A DNA stretch of 64,000 nt from contig CAVWPA010000003.1 of assembly GCA_963756875.1 (NCBI GenBank), positions 1,472,001-1,536,000 of the forward strand, given 5' to 3'. The notes under the pieces were generated by a model, which was given only the letters and a program-made list of their open reading frames with translations, did not search any database and was not told the DNA's origin. Each line of letters begins with the position of its first letter. The first letter of the stretch is position 1. This document shows, one piece after another, positions 1 to 10,087 of this stretch. Position numbers and translations under genes: made by a program. This DNA is from an uncultured Verrucomicrobiae bacterium (GTDB taxonomy: Bacteria > Verrucomicrobiota > Verrucomicrobiia > Chthoniobacterales > UBA10450).

Positions 1-1633
1 CGGAAATGTGGCGCTCAGCAGCCCGGGAGTCTCTATTACCGGATTTCCTCCCGGAACCATCGTCGCAGGATCCCAATACATCGGTGCCGGGCTGGCTAAC
101 GATGCTCATACCGATGCATCCGCCGCTTATGCGCAAGTGGCCGGCGAGACATTGACGACAGACCTCTCGGGACAGGATTTGGGCGGCATGACACTCACGC
201 CGGGGGTATACTATTTCGGCACCGCGGCCCAATTGTCTGGAACGCTGATTCTAGACACCGACGGCGACCCCAACGCCGCTTTTCATTTTCAGATCGGCTC
301 GACTCTGACGACGGACCCGAACTCAGTGGTTTCGTTGCTCAATGGCAACACGGTGAACATTTTCTGGCAGGTCGGCACATCCGCCACGATTGGCGCCGAT
401 AGCACGTTTTACGGAAACATCCTGGTCGACCAAAGCATTACCGTGAACAGCGGGGCCACCATCAACGGGCGAGCCATCGCGATCAACGCCGCCATCACGT
501 TGAGCACCAATACGATCAACGGTTTCGAAACAGGAACCGTATGGAAGGGCGATCAGAGCAATCTCTGGTCGGGCGCGAACTGGTCTCCCAATGTTGCCGG
601 CGCCACCTCCTCTTCGCTGGCTCCCGACGCCGATGTTGTGTTTTCGGTCACGGGCGTTTCGCCGCAGAACCAAAATACCGTTCTCGATGTCGATACAACA
701 ATTTCAAGTCTAACCGTCAACGATTCGGCGACGATGACGATCGACGGTTCCCATACACTCTCGATCGACGGTTCCGGCGCTACCACCGGTATAACGGTCA
801 ACAGCGGCGCGGGCCTGGCGACGATTAACAGCAATCTTCTGCTGAGCGGGTCGTCGCAAATGATGACGGTGAACAATTCGGCTGGTTTGGTCGTCAATGG
901 CAGTGTGGATGGAAGCGTCGGCCTAACGAAAGCGGGGACCGGAACACTCACTCTGGCCGGCACCAATACCTATACCGGCACGACCGCCATCAATGCCGGT
1001 ACACTGGATGCGGGCGCAGCCGGCTCTCTGGGCGGAACTTCCAGCATTGTTATCAATTCGGGCGGGACGCTTCTTCTTAGCCAACCCGGAGGCGCAACGA
1101 ACGATCGAATAAACAACAGCAGCACAATGACGCTGGATGGCGGCACGTTTAACACGGGCGGGCTCAGCGAGCATGAACTCTCCGGATCTATCGTGACACC
1201 GGGCATTGGCGCCCTGACTCTTTTGAGCAGTTCCATCATTGATTTGGGCGGAGGGACAACCGTTCTCGCGTTCGCTAACAGCAGTGCGAGCACGTGGACC
1301 GGTATATTAAGCATATATAACTGGAGCGGAACTCCCGTGACAGGTGGTGGCACCGATCAACTCTATTTCGGTACCGATTCGACGGGGTTGACCTCGACGC
1401 AGCTAAGTCAAATCGCCTTCTATTCTGACTCCGGCGCGACATACCTCGGTTCGGCCGAATTCCTGAGCGGAATGACCGGTGAGCTCGGCCCGGTTCCCGA
1501 GCCGGCGACTTGGTTTTCGGCCGCTCTGGTTGCAGGGACTATCATCTGGTCTCAGCGGCGTCGTTTCACGCGCCGTTGGCTACGAGCCGCGCGCTTTGGT
1601 TGTTTCGCGTCTCAGATTGAGCAGCCTGGGTAG
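1..1633 (+). CDS. Surface protein: ice-binding-like (DUF3494) domain, autotransporter-associated beta-strand repeat and PEP-CTERM sorting signal; 5'-partial
   Basis: DLSGQDLGGMTLTPGVY, FQIGSTLTT and NIFWQVGTSATIG motifs; GLTKAGTGTLTLAGTNTYTG repeat; C-terminal VPEPATW-TM-RRR. The frame is open back to the window start. Confidence 0.8.
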   Translation, partial: GNVALSSPGVSITGFPPGTIVAGSQYIGAGLANDAHTDASAAYAQVAGETLTTDLSGQDLGGMTLTPGVYYFGTAAQLSGTLILDTDGDPNAAFHFQIGSTLTTDPNSVVSLLNGNTVNIFWQVGTSATIGADSTFYGNILVDQSITVNSGATINGRAIAINAAITLSTNTINGFETGTVWKGDQSNLWSGANWSPNVAGATSSSLAPDADVVFSVTGVSPQNQNTVLDVDTTISSLTVNDSATMTIDGSHTLSIDGSGATTGITVNSGAGLATINSNLLLSGSSQMMTVNNSAGLVVNGSVDGSVGLTKAGTGTLTLAGTNTYTGTTAINAGTLDAGAAGSLGGTSSIVINSGGTLLLSQPGGATNDRINNSSTMTLDGGTFNTGGLSEHELSGSIVTPGIGALTLLSSSIIDLGGGTTVLAFANSSASTWTGILSIYNWSGTPVTGGGTDQLYFGTDSTGLTSTQLSQIAFYSDSGATYLGSAEFLSGMTGELGPVPEPATWFSAALVAGTIIWSQRRRFTRRWLRAARFGCFASQIEQPG

Positions 1634-1695
1634 AATCGTCGTGCTCTAAAATTGCGAATGCCGCGCTAACAGGAGGGCGGATTCTGCGTTCTTGC

Positions 1696-1785
1696 CGAAG
1701 CAAGGAAGCTGGCTTCGATTTCCATCTCGCCAAGCCGGTGGACTTCCACGAGCTGCGCACGGTTCTCGCACAGGTTGGTTCTTGA
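1696..1785 (+). pseudogene. C-terminal fragment of a response-regulator receiver domain
   Basis: Translates RSKEAGFDFHLAKPVDFHELRTVLAQVGS*, with no start or N-terminal part. Confidence 0.6.
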
Positions 1786-2111
1786 TCTCTATCTCTGACC
1801 ACTGATCTCTCGTGACGTCTGCACTAGAGCATGACTCGCGACACAACAGCCAAGTGGCGACGACTGCAGGATTGTGCAGTAGTTGATATCGTAGGAGTTT
1901 GTTCAATTGGTTCGTGACACGCGCGTGGGCGATGCGTTGCAATCTACGCTTTCATGTCGCCGCGTCCGTCATTGCCACGTGGCCAGAATTGCCGTGATCT
2001 GAGATTGCGGACGCACGTCTGGGGGGCGAAAGCCTGCTCCGTATTTTCCACGTGGAAAAATGCGCATTCTCCGGCGCAAGCCGTGCATTGGCACTGCTTC
2101 TGTAATGCCGC

Positions 2112-2924
2112 ATGACGGGCAATGAATTCTCAGGGAGAAATGATCCTTTGATATCTAACCGGGCCTTGTGGCTCGGGATCGTATTATACGCCGCTTTGTT
2201 TGCTACGGTTGCGGTCGTAGTCGGCGGCACGGCGCCGCCGACCACAACGCGAATCGCTTGGGAAGCGAACTCCGCAGGCACGCTAATTTTCGGAAATAGC
2301 GAACAGACTGGAGTAAGCGAGGGAAGTCGCTCGGATTACTTCCTCCTCCGCAACAGCTATGAAACTCAAGGTGCGCTGACGCTCCGTTCACAGTCGGTCC
2401 TCGTTTCTTCCTTAAGATCAAGCCGATCAATCTCGCAAGAGCTGGTTTCGGTGAGGGCATATAATCCGAGAATTGCCGACGCGCCGTGGGCACGCGTTAG
2501 CCCGCCTCGTTTCAACGCACCAATTGTTTCAGGAGGAAGCGAAGGAGGGATCACGGCGCCGCAGTTAGCCTTCGCCGATCAAAGCGGGTTTACCCTGGAA
2601 GAGATCGGTCCAGTTTCCGAGCCGGCGACCTGGCTCTCGACCGCGCTGATTACAGGCGTGATTGCATGGAGCCAACGGCGTCGTTTTATCCGAAGTGTCC
2701 GAAGTCGCGCACGACCTGGGAAACGTGCTGTTTGCGCGAATCGATTCTGGCCAATTCTCGCTGGGCCGCTTCTTATTTGCATTCTCAGCGCACCCGCAAA
2801 TCTCTTAGCCGTGCCCCGTGAAACTAACGATGTAGGGCGTTTAGAATCATCGCTGGCGCGGGTTGCGGCGGTTAGCAAGTCCTTAGCGAAATTCCATGGT
2901 TCCGATCTCTATCAGACATTTTGA
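2112..2924 (+). CDS. Hypothetical, degenerate PEP-CTERM-like protein
   Basis: GPVSEPATWLSTALITGVIAWSQRRRF closely parallels the sorting tail of the upstream gene. Confidence 0.45.
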   Translation: MTGNEFSGRNDPLISNRALWLGIVLYAALFATVAVVVGGTAPPTTTRIAWEANSAGTLIFGNSEQTGVSEGSRSDYFLLRNSYETQGALTLRSQSVLVSSLRSSRSISQELVSVRAYNPRIADAPWARVSPPRFNAPIVSGGSEGGITAPQLAFADQSGFTLEEIGPVSEPATWLSTALITGVIAWSQRRRFIRSVRSRARPGKRAVCANRFWPILAGPLLICILSAPANLLAVPRETNDVGRLESSLARVAAVSKSLAKFHGSDLYQTF

Positions 2925-3095
2925 TTATAATTCTCGCAGCTGAGCTGTGGAATTTTTTCAAAACGATTGTTTTGGACGGAAGGGATCTGGCACTGTCGCC
3001 GGGACTGGCGGGTTTCTTGCTCAATTGAGTCTCGGATCCGATGAAAATTCCCAGGATTGCCGCCATAACTTCTTTGCCGCGATAAAGACTTCGTA

Positions 3096-3572
3096 ATGCA
3101 CTTGCCTCTTCGGTTGCGTGCCGGAGTCCGTTCCTTCGCGTGGATCGCGGCGATCGCCGCTTTTCTCGCCCTGGGTGCGCCGGCGGTTTTTCGAAGCGCC
3201 GCCGAAGGCTCGATCCAGTTCGCCGGTCCATTTCATTCCAGCGACAGCTTTTTGAATTTCGCCACCGGCGTAAACAACGGTTCCAAAAAACTCATCGCGT
3301 TGTTTGGCTCTTTGCCCTCTTCAAAAGAAATCCTGATCGTCGTGCAGAACGACGACCAGCGGAGCGCCTTTCTCGGAGCGTTGGTCGCGTATCTGGCATG
3401 GCCGCATTCGGTGCGGGTTATTGATCTTCACGATGCTGGATCTTTCCGTTCCGCACGGCCGGACGCCATTGCTGCCGTCGCTTTTTGTCGTGTTCGACGG
3501 CCGCCATCGTGGGATCGGGGCGAACGCTTCGGCGATTCGTTGGAGATCGTACCGGTTCGGGTAACAAAATGA
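3096..3572 (+). CDS. Hypothetical protein with N-terminal membrane anchor
   Basis: 158-aa ORF; its stop overlaps the next start (ATGA). Confidence 0.55.
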   Translation: MHLPLRLRAGVRSFAWIAAIAAFLALGAPAVFRSAAEGSIQFAGPFHSSDSFLNFATGVNNGSKKLIALFGSLPSSKEILIVVQNDDQRSAFLGALVAYLAWPHSVRVIDLHDAGSFRSARPDAIAAVAFCRVRRPPSWDRGERFGDSLEIVPVRVTK

Positions 3573-5056
3573 ATTTCCTCGCGCTTCTCGGGGCGATTGC
3601 AACAATTCTCGGCGCAGGTTCCGTTTTCCTTCTGTTTATACCTGCACAAAGAGGTCCGGGTATTGCAACACAACTTGCGCTCTCGTGGATCTTCGGCACT
3701 GGCCTTGTTTCGCTTCTTATCTGGCTCCTCGGATTCTTCTTGAGCGCTCCGCTTTTACCCGCACTGATCACGGTGGTCTGCATGACGCTTGGGGTGCTTA
3801 CAATCAAGATGCGCGGCTATTCCCCAACGCGGCCTCGAATATCGGGAACATCACAGCCGATTGCGCTTTTCCTTGGAACCGTCATCGCGCTCGAACTCAT
3901 ATTTATTTTTTACTTCTCCTTCGTCCACACTCTGGGAGGCGACGGACTGTTGAATTGGGAGATCAAGGCCCGCTATGCCTATGCAAACGCAGGCGCGCTG
4001 CCGTCGGCTTATTTTCACGATGCCGGCCGGGCCACCAGTCACCCGGAATACCCGCTGGCGATTCCTTACACGGAGCTCTGGCTCTATTTCTGGCTCGGAG
4101 ACACAAACCAGTTTTTGGCGAAGACAATCTTTCCGCTCTTCTACGCCGCCGGCATCGCGTTGCTTGTCTCGATCAGTCGCCGTTTAACCGGTAAAACATG
4201 GCCCGGTCTGCTGGTCTCGAGCCTCTATTTTTTCATTCCCCAGATTTCCACGGGGACCGGGAGCGCCGTGGTTGGCTACGCAGACTTTCCATTGAGCGTG
4301 TTTTACCTGGCCGCCATTGGAAACCTGTTATGTGCGTGCCGTCAGAATGACGATGGTCGCGACAACGGCGCATTTGCAATTTATGCCGTTGCTCTGGCGA
4401 TGCTGCCCTGGATAAAGCGCGAGGGCGCGATCCTGTGGTTTGTCGGTGCGCTTTGCGGTCTGTTTGTTATTTGGCGAAGAAAAAAATCGCCGGTCTCTCT
4501 TCTGGCGCTTCTGCCCGGTTTGATCCTGATCGGTGGATGGCATTTTTATCTCGCGCGAATGCACGCGGTTTCCTCGTCGGACTTTATGCCGCTCAGCCTT
4601 GCCGGTTTGGGCGCGAATATTCATCGGCTCGGTCCCATCCTATCGATGTTGTTTTCGGAATTCATCAACACGGATGTTTGGAGCCTGTTCTGGCCGGCCG
4701 TTGCGCTGGCGAGCGGATTCTTCCTGTTTCGGTTTCGCGGAAGCTCTGCCGTCATGCTGATTGTGTCGATCGCGGCTCCCATCTGCATTTACACCGGTGC
4801 GTATATTTTTAGCAATTGGCCGGATTATCACGACCATGTCGCACTCTCGATCGACCGGCTGCTGATGCATGTTGCACCGCTGGCCGCGCTGATGATTTCG
4901 GCCGTTCTGGCCTCCGATTTGAAGCGTTCGAGCAGGCCGGAAACTTTTCCGCTGGCAGCAAGTCGTTCCCCGTTGGACGTTCAACCGCTTGAAACCTGCG
5001 CTTCAGTCGCCGGACCGTGTCCGGACAATGTTTGGATCGATCGCGGCGCGATATGA
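3569..5056 (+). CDS. Multi-pass membrane protein, GT-C/ArnT-like glycosyltransferase
   Basis: Many TM helices with DGLLNWEIKA, HPEYPL, GYADFPL and WIKREG motifs; ATG at 3569. Confidence 0.65.
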   Translation: MNFLALLGAIATILGAGSVFLLFIPAQRGPGIATQLALSWIFGTGLVSLLIWLLGFFLSAPLLPALITVVCMTLGVLTIKMRGYSPTRPRISGTSQPIALFLGTVIALELIFIFYFSFVHTLGGDGLLNWEIKARYAYANAGALPSAYFHDAGRATSHPEYPLAIPYTELWLYFWLGDTNQFLAKTIFPLFYAAGIALLVSISRRLTGKTWPGLLVSSLYFFIPQISTGTGSAVVGYADFPLSVFYLAAIGNLLCACRQNDDGRDNGAFAIYAVALAMLPWIKREGAILWFVGALCGLFVIWRRKKSPVSLLALLPGLILIGGWHFYLARMHAVSSSDFMPLSLAGLGANIHRLGPILSMLFSEFINTDVWSLFWPAVALASGFFLFRFRGSSAVMLIVSIAAPICIYTGAYIFSNWPDYHDHVALSIDRLLMHVAPLAALMISAVLASDLKRSSRPETFPLAASRSPLDVQPLETCASVAGPCPDNVWIDRGAI

Positions 5057-5684
5057 TCTTGCCAACCATCTCCTGAGTTGCGGCTTCGATTTCCGGTGGC
5101 GCGGGCGGGCTGCTGAAATTGTTGCGAACTGGCGGCCGGCCAAATTGGTCGATCTCGCTACCGGCACGGGTGATCTCGCGCTCGCGATCCAGCAGAAGCT
5201 GCCGCGGACCGAACTTGTAGGTGTCGATTTTTCCATGGAAATGCTGGAACTCGCGAAAGCGAAAGGCGTCAGGCAAACGATCTTCGCCGATGCGATGAAA
5301 TTGCCGTTCGCGGACGGGTCGTTCGATTGCGTGACCATTGCGTTCGGGTTGCGCAATTTGCCGGACATCGAGCTGGCGCTGCGTGAAATGGCGCGAGTTC
5401 TCAATTCGAGCGGCAATCTGCTGGTGCTGGAATTTTCGCTGCCGCGCGTGTCAGCCGTGCGCGCCCTCTACAGGTTATACTTGCACCGCTGCCTGCCGGT
5501 GTTCGGTTCGTTTCTTACAAAGAAGAAGAGCGCTTACGATTATCTCGGCGACTCAATCGAAGAGTTCCCGAGCGGCGAGGCCATGCTGAGCCTGATGAAG
5601 ACTGCCGGATTTCGCAACGCGCGCGCGGAGCCGTTGACTGCCGGCATCGTCACGATTTACACGGCGGAGAAAGCCAAGTTGTAG
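4989..5684 (+). CDS. ubiE: Ubiquinone/menaquinone biosynthesis C-methyltransferase
   Basis: MFGSIAARYDLANHLLS, DLATGTGD, IAFGLRN and LEFS motifs. Confidence 0.9.
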   Translation: MKPALQSPDRVRTMFGSIAARYDLANHLLSCGFDFRWRGRAAEIVANWRPAKLVDLATGTGDLALAIQQKLPRTELVGVDFSMEMLELAKAKGVRQTIFADAMKLPFADGSFDCVTIAFGLRNLPDIELALREMARVLNSSGNLLVLEFSLPRVSAVRALYRLYLHRCLPVFGSFLTKKKSAYDYLGDSIEEFPSGEAMLSLMKTAGFRNARAEPLTAGIVTIYTAEKAKL

Positions 5685-5745
5685 CGGCCCCGAAAGCATT
5701 CGGGGTGGCATGAATTTATCCGGCGCTCACAGAGCGCCGCTGCAG
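5680..5745. repeat. GTAG-type REP doublet (REPIN-like) between convergent genes, containing a CCCGAAAGCATTCGGG hairpin
   Basis: TGTAGCGGC...GCCGCTGCA inverted ends; inner CGGCGCTCACAGAGCGCCG hairpin; same family as 42808-42911. Confidence 0.7.
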
Positions 5746-5749
5746 AAAA

Positions 5750-7627
5750 TCACCGCTTCGCAGTCGGCGCAGGCGTAGATGAAGAGGCGACGCTCGGATG
5801 CGGGGAGGCGGCTATGCTGGCTGAGCGCGCAGGCGACGGGGGAGCCTGGTTGACGAGATTCAGTCTGAACGCGCTGAGATCCGGGTTGTTCATGACGAAT
5901 GTACCTTCGCGCTCGTCCACTTTCGCAAACCACATGGCTTGAGGCGCCGCATCGCCCACCATAAACTTGTGCGTCGCCTTGTCGTCCGGCGAAGTCGTAA
6001 AGGTCACAACCAGGCGCGGTTTCCCGAATCCTTGTTGCGGCGTCGTCGGGCCCACCCAGCGTACGGCGTGTAAATTCGACAACGTGTTCAGCAGTGATTG
6101 CACGTTCGTTTGATTGATCTCGCCTTTGCCCTTCGCCAACGTCCATTGGTTTTTTGCGCCGCGCACCACTTCCACGGCCTGGCCCTGTTCCATCTCGACG
6201 CGGATGCGGTGAATCTGTTCCGGCTTGAATTTAAAGATCGCCAGGTCCTGCCATTGTATTGGATCGGTGAAGATCTGGTCGAGCAAACCGCGCGGCACCG
6301 CGACGACGAACGGTTCGTCGCCGACGCGGGCGTAAACATCGTTTCCGTCGATTTTTCCAAATGCGATCGTGGCAAACGGGCGCTCGCCGGCATTTGTCTC
6401 CGCCGTGTTTTCCGAGGCGAACGAGCTGAACGTCAGTTGCAGTTGCGGTTTATCAAGCCCGTACCTGGACAGATTGGAAGCGACATCTTCGACAAACCTG
6501 CTGACCTTCTCGTTTTGTAAAACGTCGATCAACCGTCGCACCTCACTCGAATTGGCCGGAGTATTCTTCTTGTTCGCAATCGTCCAGTCTTCATCCTTGC
6601 GCGCCAAAACCGTTTTGCCTTTTTCAGGGGCGTCAATGGTGATCCTGTCGAGATTCTTCGTGTCGATGCGCGCCAGATGCCGGTCTCGTAAATCGTTCGG
6701 TTTTGTATTGAGCAGGTCTTCGATTTTTTTCGGTAGCGTGTAAACCGAACCCCGCGCTGCAAACCGCACGTACACCTGGTCCTTCTCTTTCTCGGGCGTG
6801 TTGCCGATTTGCAACATCTGCCCCTGTTTGTCGCCCTGGCCGAAGAGGGTGACCGAGCCCTTTGGTTCGGCCAGACCGTAGGGATGCAGGTCGCCGCGGT
6901 CGTCAGCGACGAATTTTTGAATTTGGGCGGTCGTCACCTGGGCAATCAAGTCGCCAATCTTCTGGTCGTCGCCTCGTGCCTGCAGCGGTTTGGTAATCTC
7001 CCAGTGCTCGTCTTGCTTTTGCAGCTCCATTTCGCCGGCCGGCGACTTGAGAACAACCCGGGTCACCTGTGCCTCGATCAAGTCTGTTAACCTTCTGTCG
7101 CGAAAATCCTCGGGCTTTTTTTCGATGTCTTTCTTCACCGATTGCCCGGCGATAAAAGCTTCCTTCGAATTCTCAAAACGCACGTAGATCTTGCCCTCAA
7201 GGGCGGCGTCCTTGCCAAAGAAAATCTCCGGCGGCGCGCCCGGTCCGAGCAGTTTCAGCCGCAGCTTCGCTCTATTCAGGCCGTACTCACTCAGTCTGTT
7301 TTTGTCTGCCGCGATTTCTTTTGCCGGGATGGTCGCGTCCTTTTGCCAGCTCTCAAGATCGAGCAGAAGATTTTCGATGGCGGAATTGTTTGCCTGATCC
7401 TTGATGGGTGCTTCCAGACGCCATTTTTCGTCGTTGCGTCGCAGCTCGATCCTTTCGCCGCCGTTGTGAATGACAATGCCGTCGATCTTGTCGCGATCGA
7501 AATTAATGACCTTCTCGGACTGGCGCGCTGCTTCCTGCGTTCCCGGCGCTGTGCGCTCGTAGAAATAAAGGTAGGCAAAAACGGCGCCGGTAATGATCAG
7601 CAGAACAAGTGTCGTTTTCCACTTCAT
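5750..7627 (-). CDS. DUF4340 domain protein (ABC module accessory)
   Basis: MKWKTTLVLL anchor and repeated FRDRRL / YGLxxP units; follows a GldG-like gene. Confidence 0.8.
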   Translation of the reverse strand: MKWKTTLVLLIITGAVFAYLYFYERTAPGTQEAARQSEKVINFDRDKIDGIVIHNGGERIELRRNDEKWRLEAPIKDQANNSAIENLLLDLESWQKDATIPAKEIAADKNRLSEYGLNRAKLRLKLLGPGAPPEIFFGKDAALEGKIYVRFENSKEAFIAGQSVKKDIEKKPEDFRDRRLTDLIEAQVTRVVLKSPAGEMELQKQDEHWEITKPLQARGDDQKIGDLIAQVTTAQIQKFVADDRGDLHPYGLAEPKGSVTLFGQGDKQGQMLQIGNTPEKEKDQVYVRFAARGSVYTLPKKIEDLLNTKPNDLRDRHLARIDTKNLDRITIDAPEKGKTVLARKDEDWTIANKKNTPANSSEVRRLIDVLQNEKVSRFVEDVASNLSRYGLDKPQLQLTFSSFASENTAETNAGERPFATIAFGKIDGNDVYARVGDEPFVVAVPRGLLDQIFTDPIQWQDLAIFKFKPEQIHRIRVEMEQGQAVEVVRGAKNQWTLAKGKGEINQTNVQSLLNTLSNLHAVRWVGPTTPQQGFGKPRLVVTFTTSPDDKATHKFMVGDAAPQAMWFAKVDEREGTFVMNNPDLSAFRLNLVNQAPPSPARSASIAASPHPSVASSSTPAPTAKR

Positions 7628-7643
7628 GACATCGAATGATTCG

Positions 7644-9143
7644 TCAGGCGCGCCGGCGCCACCAAACCGCCGTCCCCAGAACCACAAAAATCAGCGGGAT
7701 GAAAACAAGAATAACCCAGCGCACACCGCGCAACGCATTTGCATCGAGAGTAAAAGTGAGCGTTTGCGGCACCTTGGGCGCGATCCCGATAAGCTGCTCG
7801 CGGCTCAGCAGCCAGTTGATGCTCGCCGATACGAAGTCGAGGGCCTGCTGGTCCTGCGTGAGCGCCTTGTCCTGGACGAAGGTTGCGTTGCTTACCACCA
7901 CCATGCGCGCTGAATTCATCTGCACCCGCTCGTCGGCGCTGCCGCCTTTCTCGATCGATACGCCGACGATTATCGGAGCCCCCGTGCTCTGGTTCGCGTC
8001 GGCCTGCAGCTTCGTCTGGTCCCTCGACTCATAGTCGCGTTCCGCGAAATAACCCTTCTGCGCCTGGATCAGCGGTGTGAGGCGAATGTTGGCCGCGCGC
8101 ACTCGTTGCGGCTCAAGTGTCAACGAAGAGGTGCCGCCAAAAAACAACGCCTGCACTCCCGCCAGCCGTTTCGTGATCGGGCTGCCTGCAAGAAAATGGC
8201 CCTGCACGTCGCGCGTAAGAGCGATTTCTTCGATGCCGGTTTTCAGAAATGCCAGCAACCGATCGTCGTTCACTCTTACGCCGGCCTCGTTGAGAAATGC
8301 GTCGAGCTTCGGCGTCTTCGCCGCCGGATCGATCAGGAACAAAATCCGGCCCTGCTTGTTCCAGAAATCGCGAAGCAACTTCATCTCACGATCGGAGAAA
8401 TCGGACCGAGGCCCGTCAACAACGATGGCTTTCATCCCGGCAGGAATCGCGCCGACATTGAAAAGGTTCAGCTCCTGAAACTTGACGTTCTCGTTCTCGA
8501 TGAACGTTTTCAAGATCGAGACCGGGCTCTGACCGGGGCCGGTGACAGGTGGTTCCCGGTGTCCGGTCACGTAGCCGACAATGTTCTTCTTGCCTTCCAC
8601 CAGGTCCATCATGGCGCTGGTGATTGCTTGCTCGCCTTTGAACGCTGTTACCCGTGGGCCTTCGCCGAAAGCCACCCCGCTTTGATCGATGTCGGCCATC
8701 TCCGACGCTTTGACGGTCTTGTTGCGCCCGTTGTAATCGATCACCAGCAGGCTCTCGTCGCTCACTACCTTGTACTTGTCGAACATCTCTTTTGCCCGGG
8801 TGAGATCGCGCGTCGGATCGATGTACTCGATATCGATTTTTTCCCTGGCCGCGTACTGGTATTCCGTCAACAGATTCTGCGCGTCGGTGGTAATCGGCGT
8901 ATTCGGCGAGAAAAAGACTGTGATGCGCATTTTCCCCTTGATCGTTTTGAGGAAACGCTTCGTTTTGTCCGAGAGCGCATATTTCTGGTCGCGCGAAAAA
9001 TCCCAGCGCTTGTAATGCTTGAACGCAATCGAATTGACCATCAGCGCGAGAAACAACACCAAAAACACCTGCACCAGCACATTGAATCCAATCTGGATGC
9101 GGTGGATTTTTTTTGGTTTTGTCTGGTCCTTCTCCGTCGCCAT
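7644..9143 (-). CDS. GldG-family ABC transporter auxiliary protein
   Basis: RWDFSRDQKYALSDKT, FKGEQAIT and GYVTGHRE motifs, C-terminal TM-WWRRR. Confidence 0.85.
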   Translation of the reverse strand: MATEKDQTKPKKIHRIQIGFNVLVQVFLVLFLALMVNSIAFKHYKRWDFSRDQKYALSDKTKRFLKTIKGKMRITVFFSPNTPITTDAQNLLTEYQYAAREKIDIEYIDPTRDLTRAKEMFDKYKVVSDESLLVIDYNGRNKTVKASEMADIDQSGVAFGEGPRVTAFKGEQAITSAMMDLVEGKKNIVGYVTGHREPPVTGPGQSPVSILKTFIENENVKFQELNLFNVGAIPAGMKAIVVDGPRSDFSDREMKLLRDFWNKQGRILFLIDPAAKTPKLDAFLNEAGVRVNDDRLLAFLKTGIEEIALTRDVQGHFLAGSPITKRLAGVQALFFGGTSSLTLEPQRVRAANIRLTPLIQAQKGYFAERDYESRDQTKLQADANQSTGAPIIVGVSIEKGGSADERVQMNSARMVVVSNATFVQDKALTQDQQALDFVSASINWLLSREQLIGIAPKVPQTLTFTLDANALRGVRWVILVFIPLIFVVLGTAVWWRRRA

Positions 9144-9898
9144 CACACCCTCCATTTGCGCGATTGAAACGCCTGATGCGTGAGCGTCAGCAGAACGATC
9201 GTCATACTCACATAGAAAACGATGGGGCGCGTATCGATTATCCCGCGCGAGAATGTGCCCATGTGTTCAATGGCCGAGAAGTAACCGAGCAACTCGCGAG
9301 TCGTTGAACTGATATCGAGAAGAATGAATTGAATGAGGCCGAGAAAGAAAAGGAGCGTAATGGTGCAAAAGGAAATGATCGCGGCCACGATCTGATTTTT
9401 TGTCAGCACGGACGCAAGGCAGCCGACGGAAATATAGAACATTCCAAGCAACAAAAGCATCAGATAAGACCCCCAATAGGCGCCCGCGGAGTTGGCCGCC
9501 GGTTGATGGGTGATCTTCTGGAAGATGGCAAAGTAAAGCGCGGTGGGAAGCCAGAGGATGATGTAGAAAACAAGCGCCCCGAAGAACTTCGCGAGAACGA
9601 CCTGCCAATCCCGCACCGGGGCGGTGGTGAGAGGTTCGATCGTGCCGAGCTTAAACTCCTCCGCAAAAAGGCGCATCGTGATCAGCGGAAAAATCAGGAC
9701 GAACGCGAACCAGAAAAAGACGGAGTTAAAAAATGCTTCCTCCACGGTGTAATCGATCGGGCGCTGGTTCATGAACGAAATCTGAAAATAAAAATCGACC
9801 CCGCTGACCAGCAGGAAGAACACGAGAACGATGTAAGCGATTGGAGAGTAGAAGTAGCTCCGTATTTCGCGGGAAAGAAGTGTGTAGAACTTACGCAT
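9143..9898 (-). CDS. ABC-2 permease (GldF-like)
   Basis: REIRSYFYSPIAY and TMRLFAEEFKLGTIE motifs. Confidence 0.9.
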   Translation of the reverse strand: MRKFYTLLSREIRSYFYSPIAYIVLVFFLLVSGVDFYFQISFMNQRPIDYTVEEAFFNSVFFWFAFVLIFPLITMRLFAEEFKLGTIEPLTTAPVRDWQVVLAKFFGALVFYIILWLPTALYFAIFQKITHQPAANSAGAYWGSYLMLLLLGMFYISVGCLASVLTKNQIVAAIISFCTITLLFFLGLIQFILLDISSTTRELLGYFSAIEHMGTFSRGIIDTRPIVFYVSMTIVLLTLTHQAFQSRKWRV

Positions 9899-9904
9899 GG
9901 GCTC

Positions 9905-10072
9905 GGAGCGTTGGAGTCGTGGAGTTTTGGAGTGATGGAGTAGTGATGTATTCCTCCGGGTCCTCGGCGATGCGGGCGATCACACCGCATCGATCACGAG
10001 CATGAGCATGAGCATGAGCATGAGCACTGTGCTGCATTCGACGTTGGGCGTTGGAAGTTGGACGTTGAGCGT
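9905..10072. repeat. Cluster of simple tandem repeats: 8-mer GGAGYNNT x5, 6-mer GAGCAT x about 5, 7-mer TTRRRCG-like x5
   Basis: Visible at 9905-9944, 9998-10026 and 10038-10072. Confidence 0.8.
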
Positions 10073-10087
10073 TTGCTTCTTGCATCT

